Shown: one piece after another, positions 24,130 to 34,104 of the stretch
How positions within the stretch are numbered: the stretch's first letter is position 1
Layout of the letters: every line of letters starts with the position of its first letter
Assembly: GCA_021779205.1 (NCBI GenBank)
Contig: JAJYBE010000001.1
Span: 1 to 47,249 of the forward strand
Source of the DNA: a bacterium
Lineage (GTDB): Bacteria; Patescibacteriota; Minisyncoccia; Moranbacterales; UBA2206
DNA: 47,249 nucleotides
Direction of reading: 5' to 3'
The notes under the pieces: generated by a model
Database searches by the model: none
What the model was told of the DNA's origin: nothing
Seen by the model: only the letters and a program-made list of their open reading frames with translations
Program-made: the position numbers and the translations under genes

Positions 24130-24683
24130 TTGTTTTTAATACATTCTTCTTTTATATCAAGATCCAACTGAAAAACAATATCTTCCTTGGAAACTAGATT
24201 AGAGAGAGGCAAATTTATGTTTTCAAAACACGCCTCCTTGCTTAAGTTATCCCGAAATAAAAGCAAATCCTCTCTCGTCTTGGCTTTTCCCGCAAAAAAT
24301 ATGGAATAATTTTTCGTAGATATTCCGCTAAGTTCCACGTTATCTGGAATTATATCGCCCAATTTTGAAAACAGTGCCGACCAATAGATTTGACTGCTGG
24401 TAATATTGGAAATTTTCGCAATCTCAGAATTTATTCCAGAAAACTTATCTTCATATTGCTTTATCGTTTCATATTGCTGCGACGCGCGCGAATCACTATT
24501 TTTATTGTCAGAAATTACTCTAAGATTAAAATTAAGCAACGAATCAACACCAAAAACGAATCCAAAAAATAGAATTGCCAAAAGAAGAATAATCGCCTCC
24601 CAACCCAAAACAGACCGAAATCTTTCTGCCGTTATAATTTCTTCTTTTTTGCTTGGCGGAAGCAAATTAATCCCTATTTTCAT
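24126..24683 (-). CDS. pilN: PilN-like fimbrial assembly protein
   Basis: MKIGINLLPPSKKEE followed by a TM segment. It sits directly downstream of pilM with a 4-nt overlap. Confidence 0.7.
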   Translation of the reverse strand: MKIGINLLPPSKKEEIITAERFRSVLGWEAIILLLAILFFGFVFGVDSLLNFNLRVISDNKNSDSRASQQYETIKQYEDKFSGINSEIAKISNITSSQIYWSALFSKLGDIIPDNVELSGISTKNYSIFFAGKAKTREDLLLFRDNLSKEACFENINLPLSNLVSKEDIVFQLDLDIKEECIKNK

Positions 24684-25747
24684 ACTTTTTTATTTTTCAT
24701 TGCGAGACCGATAGCATTTGTAAATTGAATAGATTTCTCCTTACTAATTATTGGCAGTCGTTCACCAAAATCCAAGTTTATCCAGGGATCGCCAACGAAA
24801 ATTTTATTTTTCAATCTTTTCGCAAGGTATGGAACCAAACCCTTTAAATTTGCCCCTCCGCAAATAATAATTCTTTCAACTTTGCCAGAATTACTACTTA
24901 TATTTTGATAGAAATCAACGGTTTTTTCTATTTCTACCGAGAGTCCTTCGAGATAGGAACGAATGGAATTAAAAACAAAATCGTCTTCGTGACAACAGCC
25001 CACACCTTCTGAAATCTTTATCTTTTCCGCCTCTTCCTTGTCAACTCCCAATGTCTTAGCAATTACATCTGTAACACCATTGGAAGAAAAAGGGATGCTG
25101 GAGGTGAAAAATGGCAAGCTTCCTTCGGATATAACGAAATTTGTTCTTTTCGAACCCAAATCAACAATCAAAGATACTCCGCATTTTTCATCCGACTCAT
25201 CAATGAGACTTCTAGCCATCGCCATCGACTCAGCTTCAAGACTGTGCACTTCCAAGCCGGCACTTTCAAGAACTTCCAAGATGTCATCAACAATATCCCT
25301 CGAAACAGCAACAGTTAAGATGCTTTGCTTGTCGCCAACCTCACCAATCAATTGCCAATCATAATAGACTTGATCGACAGATAAAGGAATACTAGCCTCT
25401 ATTTCCCACTTTATTGCCTCGCCAATCTCTGCTTTTTCCATCTTGGGAATAGAGAGCACTCGCAAGAAAACCTTTGACTCCGGCAGTGAACAGATAACTT
25501 TTTTTGTGTTTATTTTTTTGGGTCGAGCTGTGGCGACCGCGGTTTTAATAACCTGCGTCACTTTGTTTTTATCAATTATGCGGCCATCCTCGATGCAACC
25601 GTCAGGAACAGGAGTGATGGAAAAAGATCGCACAGAATCATCGGACCCCCTTTTTTCCAATTGCAAGACTTTAACGAAAAGATCTCCCAAATCAATACCG
25701 AAATACGAGTCTTCAAATGTGAATATGTTTTTTTTCAAAAAATTCAT
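24680..25747 (-). CDS. pilM: Type IV pilus assembly ATPase-fold protein PilM
   Basis: 355-aa actin-like fold protein with YFGIDLGDLFVKVLQL, VDLGSKRTNFVI and ICGGANLKGL. Confidence 0.85.
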   Translation of the reverse strand: MNFLKKNIFTFEDSYFGIDLGDLFVKVLQLEKRGSDDSVRSFSITPVPDGCIEDGRIIDKNKVTQVIKTAVATARPKKINTKKVICSLPESKVFLRVLSIPKMEKAEIGEAIKWEIEASIPLSVDQVYYDWQLIGEVGDKQSILTVAVSRDIVDDILEVLESAGLEVHSLEAESMAMARSLIDESDEKCGVSLIVDLGSKRTNFVISEGSLPFFTSSIPFSSNGVTDVIAKTLGVDKEEAEKIKISEGVGCCHEDDFVFNSIRSYLEGLSVEIEKTVDFYQNISSNSGKVERIIICGGANLKGLVPYLAKRLKNKIFVGDPWINLDFGERLPIISKEKSIQFTNAIGLAMKNKKV

Positions 25748-25775
25748 AATTTAATTATAGCATACTTTTTTATTT

Positions 25776-27323
25776 TCACATCTCCTCCCAAAGATCAATT
25801 GCATAATCAGTGCCGGTTGGAAAATATGGTGGCGGACAATAAAGTAAATTATTGTCAAAATTATAAATACGATCTGCGAAACCGCTATTTCCATGTTGAA
25901 AATATGGTTGCAGGTAAGAGGCAATCGCGCCATTGAATGTCAACAAAGTTTTTCCGCTAAAACTGTTGTCGTTAATCCCCACCATTCCGCCCTGCGCCAG
26001 AAGTGCCGCATCGACAATAAAACTTGATGGGCAATCATTGAGAACTAAAACATCTTTTTGTGCCACAAGTCCAAGCATATTACTGCAATCATAGGATGCA
26101 TAGCGCAGATTATTATTACTAATTCCAATATAAATATCCTTTTGACCACCTGAGCCAGAAAGATTGGCAGCAACAACAGTTACTCTTTTATTATTAATTG
26201 ATCCTTCAACCCAAGTGGTATTTTCCACAAAAATCACTCCGTTATCAATAATATTGTAGTTAGACAGACTAACACATCTTCCTTTGCTGGTTTTGTTTGA
26301 CTGGATATACGGACATGAACTTCCCGAACAACACAATGAAACTATACAGCTAGTTCCATTAGTCCCGCTGTAAGTCCCCGTAGCTCCAGTAATTACTCCC
26401 AGGTAATTGCTAATCGCTTTTGTGTTGCTATTATATGAATTGACAGTGCAAATATCATAGGTCCCGTCTGATTTAAAATTTATTCTTCTGCCCGATCCAG
26501 TCGCATCAAAATATTTTCCCTGTCCAGCTTGCGCTTTAGTTCGCATATTGGCTAAATCCGTTGTCACACCCGTAAAACTGACCTCGGGAACAGGAAATGT
26601 CCTCCCGCCCATAAAGACATCCGGCCTATCAGGAGCAATGGCGCTGGAAGCATCCGCAGGAGCGGTCGGATCAGCCGGATTGGTTGTTGTATGCACGCCA
26701 AATTGCAATTTGCTTCCGCCATATGTCGGGTCATTAAACGACGAAAGAAGAGAACTGACAGTATTATGAGCTATTCCATCAAAACGAATTCCGCCATTGG
26801 AATGTACTTTGCCATATACAACAGCCTGATCTCCAAAATTCATAAAACTATTGGATAAGAATATATACTCGCTCCAAGACGGTCGCCTGAACCGTGCTTT
26901 GATAGTTCTCTTCATGTCCGGCACCTTATCCGACCAGCCAGTCGATTCCACATTAATTATTGTCGAACCGGAAGTTGGAGGAGTAACAACGATCTGATAT
27001 TTTCCTATATTGTTATATTCCACAGAAGAAGGAGAAAAGCCCATCGGACCTCCGGTTTGTAAAAAATTATTTATTTCCAAAGCAGTCATCCCTGAAGTTT
27101 CATGGGCAAGGTACCACCGATAATAATAAATCCCCGCCTCCGCAGCCTGAAAGGCACTCTCTTTTTCAACACGATTAAAACTAAATTTAAGCTGGGATGA
27201 AATATAGCCAAGCATTGAGACTAAAATAATCATGACAACCGACATAATCACAAGCGCATAGGCTAAAACAGAACCGCGTTGATTTTTATATGTAATTTTA
27301 TTTTTAGCTATTGCATTTTTCAT
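25776..27323 (-). CDS. PilX-like / large pilus-associated protein
   Basis: N-terminus RGSVLAYALVIMSVVMIILVSMLGYI, followed by a large Gly/Thr/Ser-rich beta-type domain. Confidence 0.5.
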   Translation of the reverse strand: MKNAIAKNKITYKNQRGSVLAYALVIMSVVMIILVSMLGYISSQLKFSFNRVEKESAFQAAEAGIYYYRWYLAHETSGMTALEINNFLQTGGPMGFSPSSVEYNNIGKYQIVVTPPTSGSTIINVESTGWSDKVPDMKRTIKARFRRPSWSEYIFLSNSFMNFGDQAVVYGKVHSNGGIRFDGIAHNTVSSLLSSFNDPTYGGSKLQFGVHTTTNPADPTAPADASSAIAPDRPDVFMGGRTFPVPEVSFTGVTTDLANMRTKAQAGQGKYFDATGSGRRINFKSDGTYDICTVNSYNSNTKAISNYLGVITGATGTYSGTNGTSCIVSLCCSGSSCPYIQSNKTSKGRCVSLSNYNIIDNGVIFVENTTWVEGSINNKRVTVVAANLSGSGGQKDIYIGISNNNLRYASYDCSNMLGLVAQKDVLVLNDCPSSFIVDAALLAQGGMVGINDNSFSGKTLLTFNGAIASYLQPYFQHGNSGFADRIYNFDNNLLYCPPPYFPTGTDYAIDLWEEM

Positions 27324-27338
27324 ATTTGTATCATAAGA

Positions 27339-28034
27339 CTAATGAATCCGATCATAATCATTTAAATTACGCATTTCAACGAATGTTTGCATCTCGATAT
27401 TATCTGGCGCACGATTAGGATCAATGTTTATTTTAAGATGAATTTTTAAAAGACGAATATCCGCAACACTAGCCGGAGTATTGAGTGGAAGCTGAGTTGG
27501 TGAACCAGCATAATTTTTATCATAATAAGAGAAAATCGGCTCTGCGTCAGTGTTGACGATTCGAACAGCAATAGTCTTTATTTCCTGATCTGCGCTAGGA
27601 TAAGTTTTAGGCATCGTCGTCGTAGGAATTGCCACTCCCATCAAAATATTTTGACCGCTTTTGTAGATATGCAATCGCTCCGTTACCCCATCACGATCAT
27701 AGTCGGCATAAACAACCAAATCGTTATCGTCAGCCGAAACAATCGGGTATGAACCATTATCTGATTGCCGGGTGCTCCTCAAGTAGTTAGCGATAGTGCT
27801 TACTCCTTGAGAGACAGCCATCGATGATTGCCCCATTTCCAGTGTATAGGAATTATTTTGCCAAGTATGCAAAAAAAGCAACGTAAATCCCTCCATGCCA
27901 ACAGCAAAAATAGCAATCGCCACAACCGTTTCAATCAGGGTAAGCCCTCTCTTCCCAGAAACTTCACCCAAAGTGTCATCACAGATGGATAGCATACTTT
28001 TCCGATTTTTAAATATTTTAGCCTTAAGAGTCAT
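27339..28034 (-). CDS. Prepilin-type N-terminal cleavage/methylation domain protein (minor pilin)
   Basis: Class III signal: KRG-LTLIETVVAIAIFAVG. Confidence 0.75.
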   Translation of the reverse strand: MTLKAKIFKNRKSMLSICDDTLGEVSGKRGLTLIETVVAIAIFAVGMEGFTLLFLHTWQNNSYTLEMGQSSMAVSQGVSTIANYLRSTRQSDNGSYPIVSADDNDLVVYADYDRDGVTERLHIYKSGQNILMGVAIPTTTMPKTYPSADQEIKTIAVRIVNTDAEPIFSYYDKNYAGSPTQLPLNTPASVADIRLLKIHLKINIDPNRAPDNIEMQTFVEMRNLNDYDRIH

Positions 28035-29432
28035 CTAGGAAGCAGTTAATTTTTTAGTTTCTATTTTTAATTCATTGGCATTGATTGTAATATCAGATTC
28101 ATTATCGAGATATCCATCAGCTGTAATTTTGACATGATATGTTTGCGGTAAAAACGGATCGGAAGAATCAGGAAAAAAAACCTTTCCATCACTTGCGGTA
28201 TCTATTTCTTTTTCATAATTCAAAGATGTATTGGTTAATATCACTTTAGCCCCGGAAACAGGAACGTCATTACTATCATCAAGCACAGTTAGCAAAAGAG
28301 AGGAAACTGCCTTATCCGCCAACTTCAATTTAACATCCAATGTGCCAACTGATGATAGCAAAGAAAATGGCGTAACCGGGCTAATGCTTATTATTTCATA
28401 GCCACTTAACGCTGAGCCAGTTAATGAAAAATCATACCCTCCAGGACTAAGCGCATTGAATAATTTCTCCCCGGCAGCATCAGTCGCACTATCCTGGCTA
28501 AAATTATAGATAGGAACAGCTGGCAAAACTGTCGTATCGGTGCCTAATTTTCTTCCACCGGAAAGATGAAAAGTAACTCCGGCAATTGGCGCATCAAGAT
28601 GATCAGTTGTGGAAATTTTAATATTAGCCAACTCATTTTGCACTATATTTTTAACATTCATCGATCCAGTCACCACTGAGGCATGAACATCCACCGGTTC
28701 ATAGGCGCTGATCGGATAAGGTGGCATCGTAGTGACCGTCTCATAGCCGGCCTTTGTGACCGTAATCTGATATTTTTGAATTGAATTAGCTACACGACTG
28801 CCCATAAAAGTTACATTACCAGCACTATCAGTAGTGCTATACGTATCAAGACCGGTAACTGGATTATATATGGCAACTTTAGAATTAGGGATTCCAACAC
28901 CACCCGGCTGATCGCTAAAAACATTTATCGAAAGAATTCCATCTCCAATGTGAGGCACCTCTTTTCCCGGCGGAACAAATCGTGAAATCAATGAAACATT
29001 TTCATTGCCACTGCCATCACTCCAAGACACGGTAATTGTCACTTCCTTATAGTCCTCAAACCAAGCCGTGTCAGCATAGCCTAAGCCGTCAAAAGGATCG
29101 TCAACATAGGACACGTCAGTATGCACGTGATACGGCCTGGCATTCTCCAAAACATCCTGATCTTGCGGAATATTGCCATTGATTGTCCCATGGTCAGTGC
29201 CGATACTGTCATATTGAAGATTACGTATAATTTCAATTTTCTCATTCGCAACAGCAAGAGCACCCAGGCGATTCTTTGCATCCTGGATATAACGAATACC
29301 CACCGTAAATACTGAATAAAAAGTCACCGTAACTAAAGAAAAAATAAAAAGCACTGTCAATCCCTCAATGAGCAAAAATCCCCGATTTTTGTTTTTTTGT
29401 TTTTGATTTGGCATGCCATTATCATGAGCCAT
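28035..29432 (-). CDS. Large prepilin-type protein with Ig/carboxypeptidase-regulatory-like repeats
   Basis: Class III signal: NRG-FLLIEGLTVLFIFSLVTV. Beta-sandwich-like segments repeat (VAIYNPVTG..TDSAGNVTF, VILTNTSLN..TASDGKVFF). Confidence 0.7.
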   Translation of the reverse strand: MAHDNGMPNQKQKNKNRGFLLIEGLTVLFIFSLVTVTFYSVFTVGIRYIQDAKNRLGALAVANEKIEIIRNLQYDSIGTDHGTINGNIPQDQDVLENARPYHVHTDVSYVDDPFDGLGYADTAWFEDYKEVTITVSWSDGSGNENVSLISRFVPPGKEVPHIGDGILSINVFSDQPGGVGIPNSKVAIYNPVTGLDTYSTTDSAGNVTFMGSRVANSIQKYQITVTKAGYETVTTMPPYPISAYEPVDVHASVVTGSMNVKNIVQNELANIKISTTDHLDAPIAGVTFHLSGGRKLGTDTTVLPAVPIYNFSQDSATDAAGEKLFNALSPGGYDFSLTGSALSGYEIISISPVTPFSLLSSVGTLDVKLKLADKAVSSLLLTVLDDSNDVPVSGAKVILTNTSLNYEKEIDTASDGKVFFPDSSDPFLPQTYHVKITADGYLDNESDITINANELKIETKKLTAS

Positions 29433-29486
29433 GGATCAATAAAAAATCATAACCTGTCAAAAAATCATCTTGATCACAGCTTGAAA

Positions 29487-30707
29487 CTATTTAATATTAT
29501 CCATTAGGCTATACATTGGTTGAAGCATTGAAATAGCAAAGAATCCAACCGCTCCGCCAATAAAAATCATAAGGACCGGCTCGATAATGGAGGACATGTT
29601 TTTAGAAATTTGATCTACCTCATCCTCATAGAATTCAGCTAATTTTAAAAGAACGACTTCTGTTTTTCCAGTCTCCTCTCCAACTTGCGCCATTTGTGCC
29701 ATAAGAACTGGAAATACTTTGGGATTTTTTCCAATCACAGTGCTAAGGCTAACTCCTTTTTGAACATCTTCAATTCCATCTTTTGCAGCCTTTTTATAAT
29801 AATAGTTAGTGAGAGTATTGGAAATAATTGTCAGCGCTTGCACGACCGGCACCCCGCTGCGGAGAAGTGAGCTGTAAATTCTTGCAAATCTCGCGCAATT
29901 TACCTTAATTACCATATTTTTAATAACAGGAATATTGATTAAGATAAATCCCAATATTCTTTTTCCACTTTCCGTTGTTAATAAAAACCTAATTGCCATT
30001 ATGAAAAAAACAAGTCCAACCGCTACGGCAATATAGTGCGCCCGCAGCATGTTGCTCATCTCAATAATGAACTGCGTTGATGCGGGCAAATCAACTTTCA
30101 TATCAGCAAAAACACCCATCATTTTTGGCAAAATATAGGTTAACATCAAAACCGCAATGCCAATCATCGCAACAATAATCACTGCTGGATAGGTCATTGC
30201 GCCCTTGATTTTACTTGTTAGATCATGCTCTTTTTCCAATTGAATGGATAAAATCTCAAGAATTTCCTCCAAATTACCGCTTGATTCACCTACTCTGACC
30301 ATATTGACGAAAAGATCGCCAAAAACATTCGGGTAGTGCGCCAGACCATCTGCAAAAGTTGTTCCCGCCTGAATGTCATCGAAAATATTATTCAAAATCT
30401 GTTGAAATTTTTTATTCTTCGTTTGCAGCGAGATATTATAGACGGACTTGGAAATCGGCAAGCCAGAAGAAATCATCACGCTCAAATTCCGAGTGAACAT
30501 CAACTTATCTTTTAGAGAAATACTAAAAAAACGATCCATAAACTTCACGCTGGTATTGTTTTTTTTCTCCTCCGATAGCTCTTTGAATGAAGTTAAAATA
30601 TAGCCATCAACACGAAGTTGGCTGGCCAGCTCTCTTTCATTTTCCACGTCTATCTCTTCCGCCTTAGTTTCACCAGAATAATTTTTTGCGCTATAAAAAA
30701 CTTTCAT
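29487..30707 (-). CDS. pilC: Type IV pilus platform protein (T2SS F family)
   Basis: 406-aa ORF with two GspF repeats, including the motif EESGNLEEIL in GESSGNLEEILEIL and GEETGKTEVVLLKLAEFYE. Confidence 0.88.
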   Translation of the reverse strand: MKVFYSAKNYSGETKAEEIDVENERELASQLRVDGYILTSFKELSEEKKNNTSVKFMDRFFSISLKDKLMFTRNLSVMISSGLPISKSVYNISLQTKNKKFQQILNNIFDDIQAGTTFADGLAHYPNVFGDLFVNMVRVGESSGNLEEILEILSIQLEKEHDLTSKIKGAMTYPAVIIVAMIGIAVLMLTYILPKMMGVFADMKVDLPASTQFIIEMSNMLRAHYIAVAVGLVFFIMAIRFLLTTESGKRILGFILINIPVIKNMVIKVNCARFARIYSSLLRSGVPVVQALTIISNTLTNYYYKKAAKDGIEDVQKGVSLSTVIGKNPKVFPVLMAQMAQVGEETGKTEVVLLKLAEFYEDEVDQISKNMSSIIEPVLMIFIGGAVGFFAISMLQPMYSLMDNIK

Positions 30708-30711
30708 AAAT

Positions 30712-32455
30712 CTATTCTTTTGTTACTCTTAATATTTCCTCTACGGTCGTCATGCCTTGAATACATTTCGCAAACCCATCTTCGACCATAGTAAGCATCC
30801 CCTTCTCGCGCGCCTTAGTTTCAATATCATAAGAAGATGCACGCTGCGAAATCATCTTTCGAATATCTTCATCTATCTCCAGAACTTCATAGATACCGTT
30901 TCTACCTTTATAGCCATTTATGCACTGCTCGCAACCTTTGGCTTTGCGTAATTTTATATCCCCCCATTTATCTTTTGCTTTAAGACCTCCACCCAATATA
31001 TCGCTCTTTTTAATAACTTCCAATATTTTTTCCATGTCATAATTGCCTGATAGCGCCACCATTTCTTTTTCATTCAGCTTATATTCAACAGAGCAATCAT
31101 GACAAACTTTTCGCACTAAACGCTGCGCGATAATCACATTCGCGGTTGAGGCAACCAAAAAAGGCTCGGCACCCATGTCCAAAAGTCGCGGCAATGTTCC
31201 TGCAGCACTATTAGTGTGGAGCGTAGAAAGAACAAGATGTCCCGTCATGGCCGCTTGAATAGCCATTTCCATCGTTTCATTATCGCGAATCTCACCCACC
31301 ATTATAATGTCCGGATCTTGACGAAGAAGCGCTCGCAGACCGGCCGCAAATGTTAACCCTACTTTTGGATGAATTTGAGTTTGGTTAATTCTGGGCATAC
31401 GATATTCAACAGGATCCTCTACTGTGCTAATATTTACATCCGCTTCATTAAGAATATCCATAATCGTGTATAGTGTTGTTGTTTTTCCGCTTCCCGTAGG
31501 ACCAGTCACCAAAATCATTCCATTGGGTTTTCGAATCTGAGCATGAATCGATTCTAAAGCCTTACCCATAAGTCCCATCATTTCCAATGTCATTCCCTTG
31601 GAAGATTCGTCCAAAAGACGCATAACAATCTTTTCACCATCAAAGATGGGCAAGACACTAACGCGAAAAGACATTCTCACCTCGTCTTTTTCTATCTTGA
31701 ATCGACCATCTTGAGGTATGCGATGCTCGTCTAATTTCAAATTAGAAAGCACTTTGATTCTGGCAATAATACCGTCTCGCACTTGTTTTGGCAAGGTCAT
31801 TGCCTCATGAAGCATTCCGTCAATTCTATAACGCACGCGCACCTCTTTTTCATCCGGCTCAATATGAATATCCGATGCGCCCTGAAGGATCGCGTGCTTT
31901 ATTAAAGTATCCACAATACGAATAATTGGTAGTCCTTGAGCGATTTCTTCAAGATCATTTGTCCCCTCGCCACCCGACACTTCCGCGGAATTTTTTTCAA
32001 TCATATCGCCAAATTCCGCACGTAAGCTTTTGCCATATTGCCTAAGGATTGTCTCGATACTATTCTCAGAAGTAATACAAGTTACAATCCGCAACCCGGT
32101 TTTTTCTAATAAAATCGACTGTTTGGATATCCTCTGGATTGAGCATGGCGATTTTAAGTTCAGCGCCATTTTTCTCAAACGCAACGATTTTGTATTTTTT
32201 AGCGATTGGCTCAGGAATCATTTGCAAAATATCCGGAGCAATCGTTTCTTTCTGTAAATCCACAAAAGGAATGCCTAAGATGTAAGCATACAACTTGCGT
32301 AACCGCTCCTCATCAATAAACTTCTTCGCGAGAAGAACGTCACCCAGCGTCTTTTTCCCATTTTCTGCTTCCGCAAAAGCAACCGAAAGATTCTCATCAG
32401 AAATCATCTCAGAGTCTTTAATAAAATTTTTTAACTGTTCATTGCCTATACGCAT
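30712..32455 (-). pseudogene. pilB: Type IV pilus assembly ATPase PilB (GspE family), split by a 1-nt frameshift in an A6 run
   Basis: ORF 32066-32455 is the MshEN/T2SSE_N domain. ORF 30712-32184 is the ATPase, with Walker A GPTGSGKTTT and a CXXC..C tetracysteine. The two frames meet at T6 (32100-32105 on the plus strand). Removing one A gives the continuous sequence ..TVDFIRKTGLRIVTCITSENSIETILRQYG.. Confidence 0.8.
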
Positions 32456-32462
32456 CTAAATT

Positions 32463-32837
32463 CTATTTACTATTTTTCAAAACTTCTTTTATTTTTTTAG
32501 CGATATCTTCCAATTTATAGTTAGATTTAACCAGATAAGTAGTCGCGCCCTTGTCAAAAGCTTTTTGAATATTTTCAACACTTTCCAAATTCGTAAGCAA
32601 CACGATTGGTATTTTCTGCATTTTTTCATCACCCTTAAGCTCATCCAAAACCTCATATCCATCTTTCTTGGGAAGGATGATATCCAAAAGAACAAGGTCT
32701 GGTTTTTTTGATTTAGCCAAAGCAACAGCTTCCTCGCCATCAAAAGCACTCATAATCTGGAAGCCATCCTCTGCTAAAAACTCAGCCAAGGCCTTGTGCA
32801 ACATTGGCTCATCCTCAACAATCAGTATTTTTGTCAT
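32463..32837 (-). CDS. Single-domain response regulator (CheY/PilH-like receiver)
   Basis: MTKILIVEDEPML, DLVLLDIILPKKDGYEVL and a trailing K. There is no output domain. Confidence 0.88.
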   Translation of the reverse strand: MTKILIVEDEPMLHKALAEFLAEDGFQIMSAFDGEEAVALAKSKKPDLVLLDIILPKKDGYEVLDELKGDEKMQKIPIVLLTNLESVENIQKAFDKGATTYLVKSNYKLEDIAKKIKEVLKNSK

Positions 32838-32920
32838 ATTTTTTCTTATGCCCTTATGTATCCGCCTCTACCAACCACTCGCAAGATTGCTAGCGAAAAA
32901 CACCTAAGCTCAATATTTGA

Positions 32921-33874
32921 TTATTTTTTACTCTTTCTGCTTATGGGAACGGAAAAGCTAAAAATTGACCCGAGATTCTCGACAGAATCAAACCAAATTT
33001 TCCCATTCAATTGTTCAATGATATTTTTAGCAATATACAACCCAAGACCAGTTCCTTCTGTTTGATATTTAACCACATTATCGCTACGAAAAAATTTATC
33101 AAAAACCCGATCATGCTGTTCAAGGGGAATTCCAACACCATTATCTTTGACGCTAAAAACCACAAAATCACCTTTTTTGAGCAGTTTTATTTCAATTTTA
33201 CCATGATTAGTGGTGTATTTAATGGAATTATTAAGCAGATTTTCAATCACCATTCTTATTTTTTCCGGATCACCAAAAACCAAAGGAATATTTTTTTTGT
33301 CTTTAAAAACTACCTCGATATTTCTCATCTTAACAATAGTACTCACTCCGGTTACAGCTTCTTCAACAAGCTCAACTATATTCACCGGCATTTTTCTTAT
33401 AATGAGCCGTCCCTGATCAATTCTGGCAACATCTAAGAGATCATTGACTAATTTAGTCATCTTGCCACTCAAAGTATTGATATTTTCAATGCTTTGGCGC
33501 TGTTTCGTACTCACTGATTCTTTTCTAAACTTTGAGAGCAAGAGTTCCGTTTCCCATCTAATGGCTGACAGCGGGGTCCTTAGCTGATGAGAAGCTACGG
33601 AAACAAACTCGCTTTTCATTCTATTTAGCCGTATCATCTGCTCAATCAGACTTATCACAAAATTTCCCACGCTTAGAATGACAATAACGACAATACTTTC
33701 CGCCACAACGAGCATTTCCGGACTATCATAATTCTTAGAGATATAAAAAGTTGCAGTCATAACCACTACTGATAAAACGCCCAGCATGATAAACAGAAAA
33801 CCGGGGGTTTGCCAAAACTTTATTCCCAAATCACGTGCCTGCTTTTTCAAATTTAGATCATTAACAATCCACAT
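32921..33874 (-). CDS. Sensor histidine kinase (2 TM segments, HisKA, HATPase_c)
   Basis: H-box SVASHQLRTPLSAI, N-box NLLNNSIKYT, and G-boxes DNGVGIP and GTGLGLYIAKNI. Confidence 0.88.
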   Translation of the reverse strand: MWIVNDLNLKKQARDLGIKFWQTPGFLFIMLGVLSVVVMTATFYISKNYDSPEMLVVAESIVVIVILSVGNFVISLIEQMIRLNRMKSEFVSVASHQLRTPLSAIRWETELLLSKFRKESVSTKQRQSIENINTLSGKMTKLVNDLLDVARIDQGRLIIRKMPVNIVELVEEAVTGVSTIVKMRNIEVVFKDKKNIPLVFGDPEKIRMVIENLLNNSIKYTTNHGKIEIKLLKKGDFVVFSVKDNGVGIPLEQHDRVFDKFFRSDNVVKYQTEGTGLGLYIAKNIIEQLNGKIWFDSVENLGSIFSFSVPISRKSKK

Positions 33875-34051
33875 ATTTTTTTATTTTTCTTCACTCCGCC
33901 ACAGCCCTAGCGAAGGCGAGTTCTTTTTTGTATTTTACTTTTGAATTATACCACAAAGAAAAAGAACGCAATAGAGCAAAATAAAAAACCATGATTTGTT
34001 TTTTATATTTTTTATTTTGGATTTAATCCGACATTAGAAATTTTGATAAAG

Positions 34052-34079
34052 AAAAAAACGCCTATCCATATAGACGTTC
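34052..34079 (-). terminator. Rho-independent terminator after groEL
   Basis: Minus strand: acgtctat-atgg-ataggcgt (8 bp with one G-U pair), followed by a T7 run. Confidence 0.7.
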
Positions 34080-34104
34080 TTTTAAAACACCTTCTTGTTT
34101 ATCC

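Noticed and set aside
32066-32455. Treating the 129-aa PilB N-domain ORF and the 490-aa ATPase ORF as two normal genes.
   Set aside because: The ATPase ORF's first roughly 25 codons overlap the N-domain ORF and have no start context. The two frames join seamlessly into a canonical PilB at an A6 run, so a frameshift is the simpler reading. It is kept as a finding because a split gene cannot be excluded.
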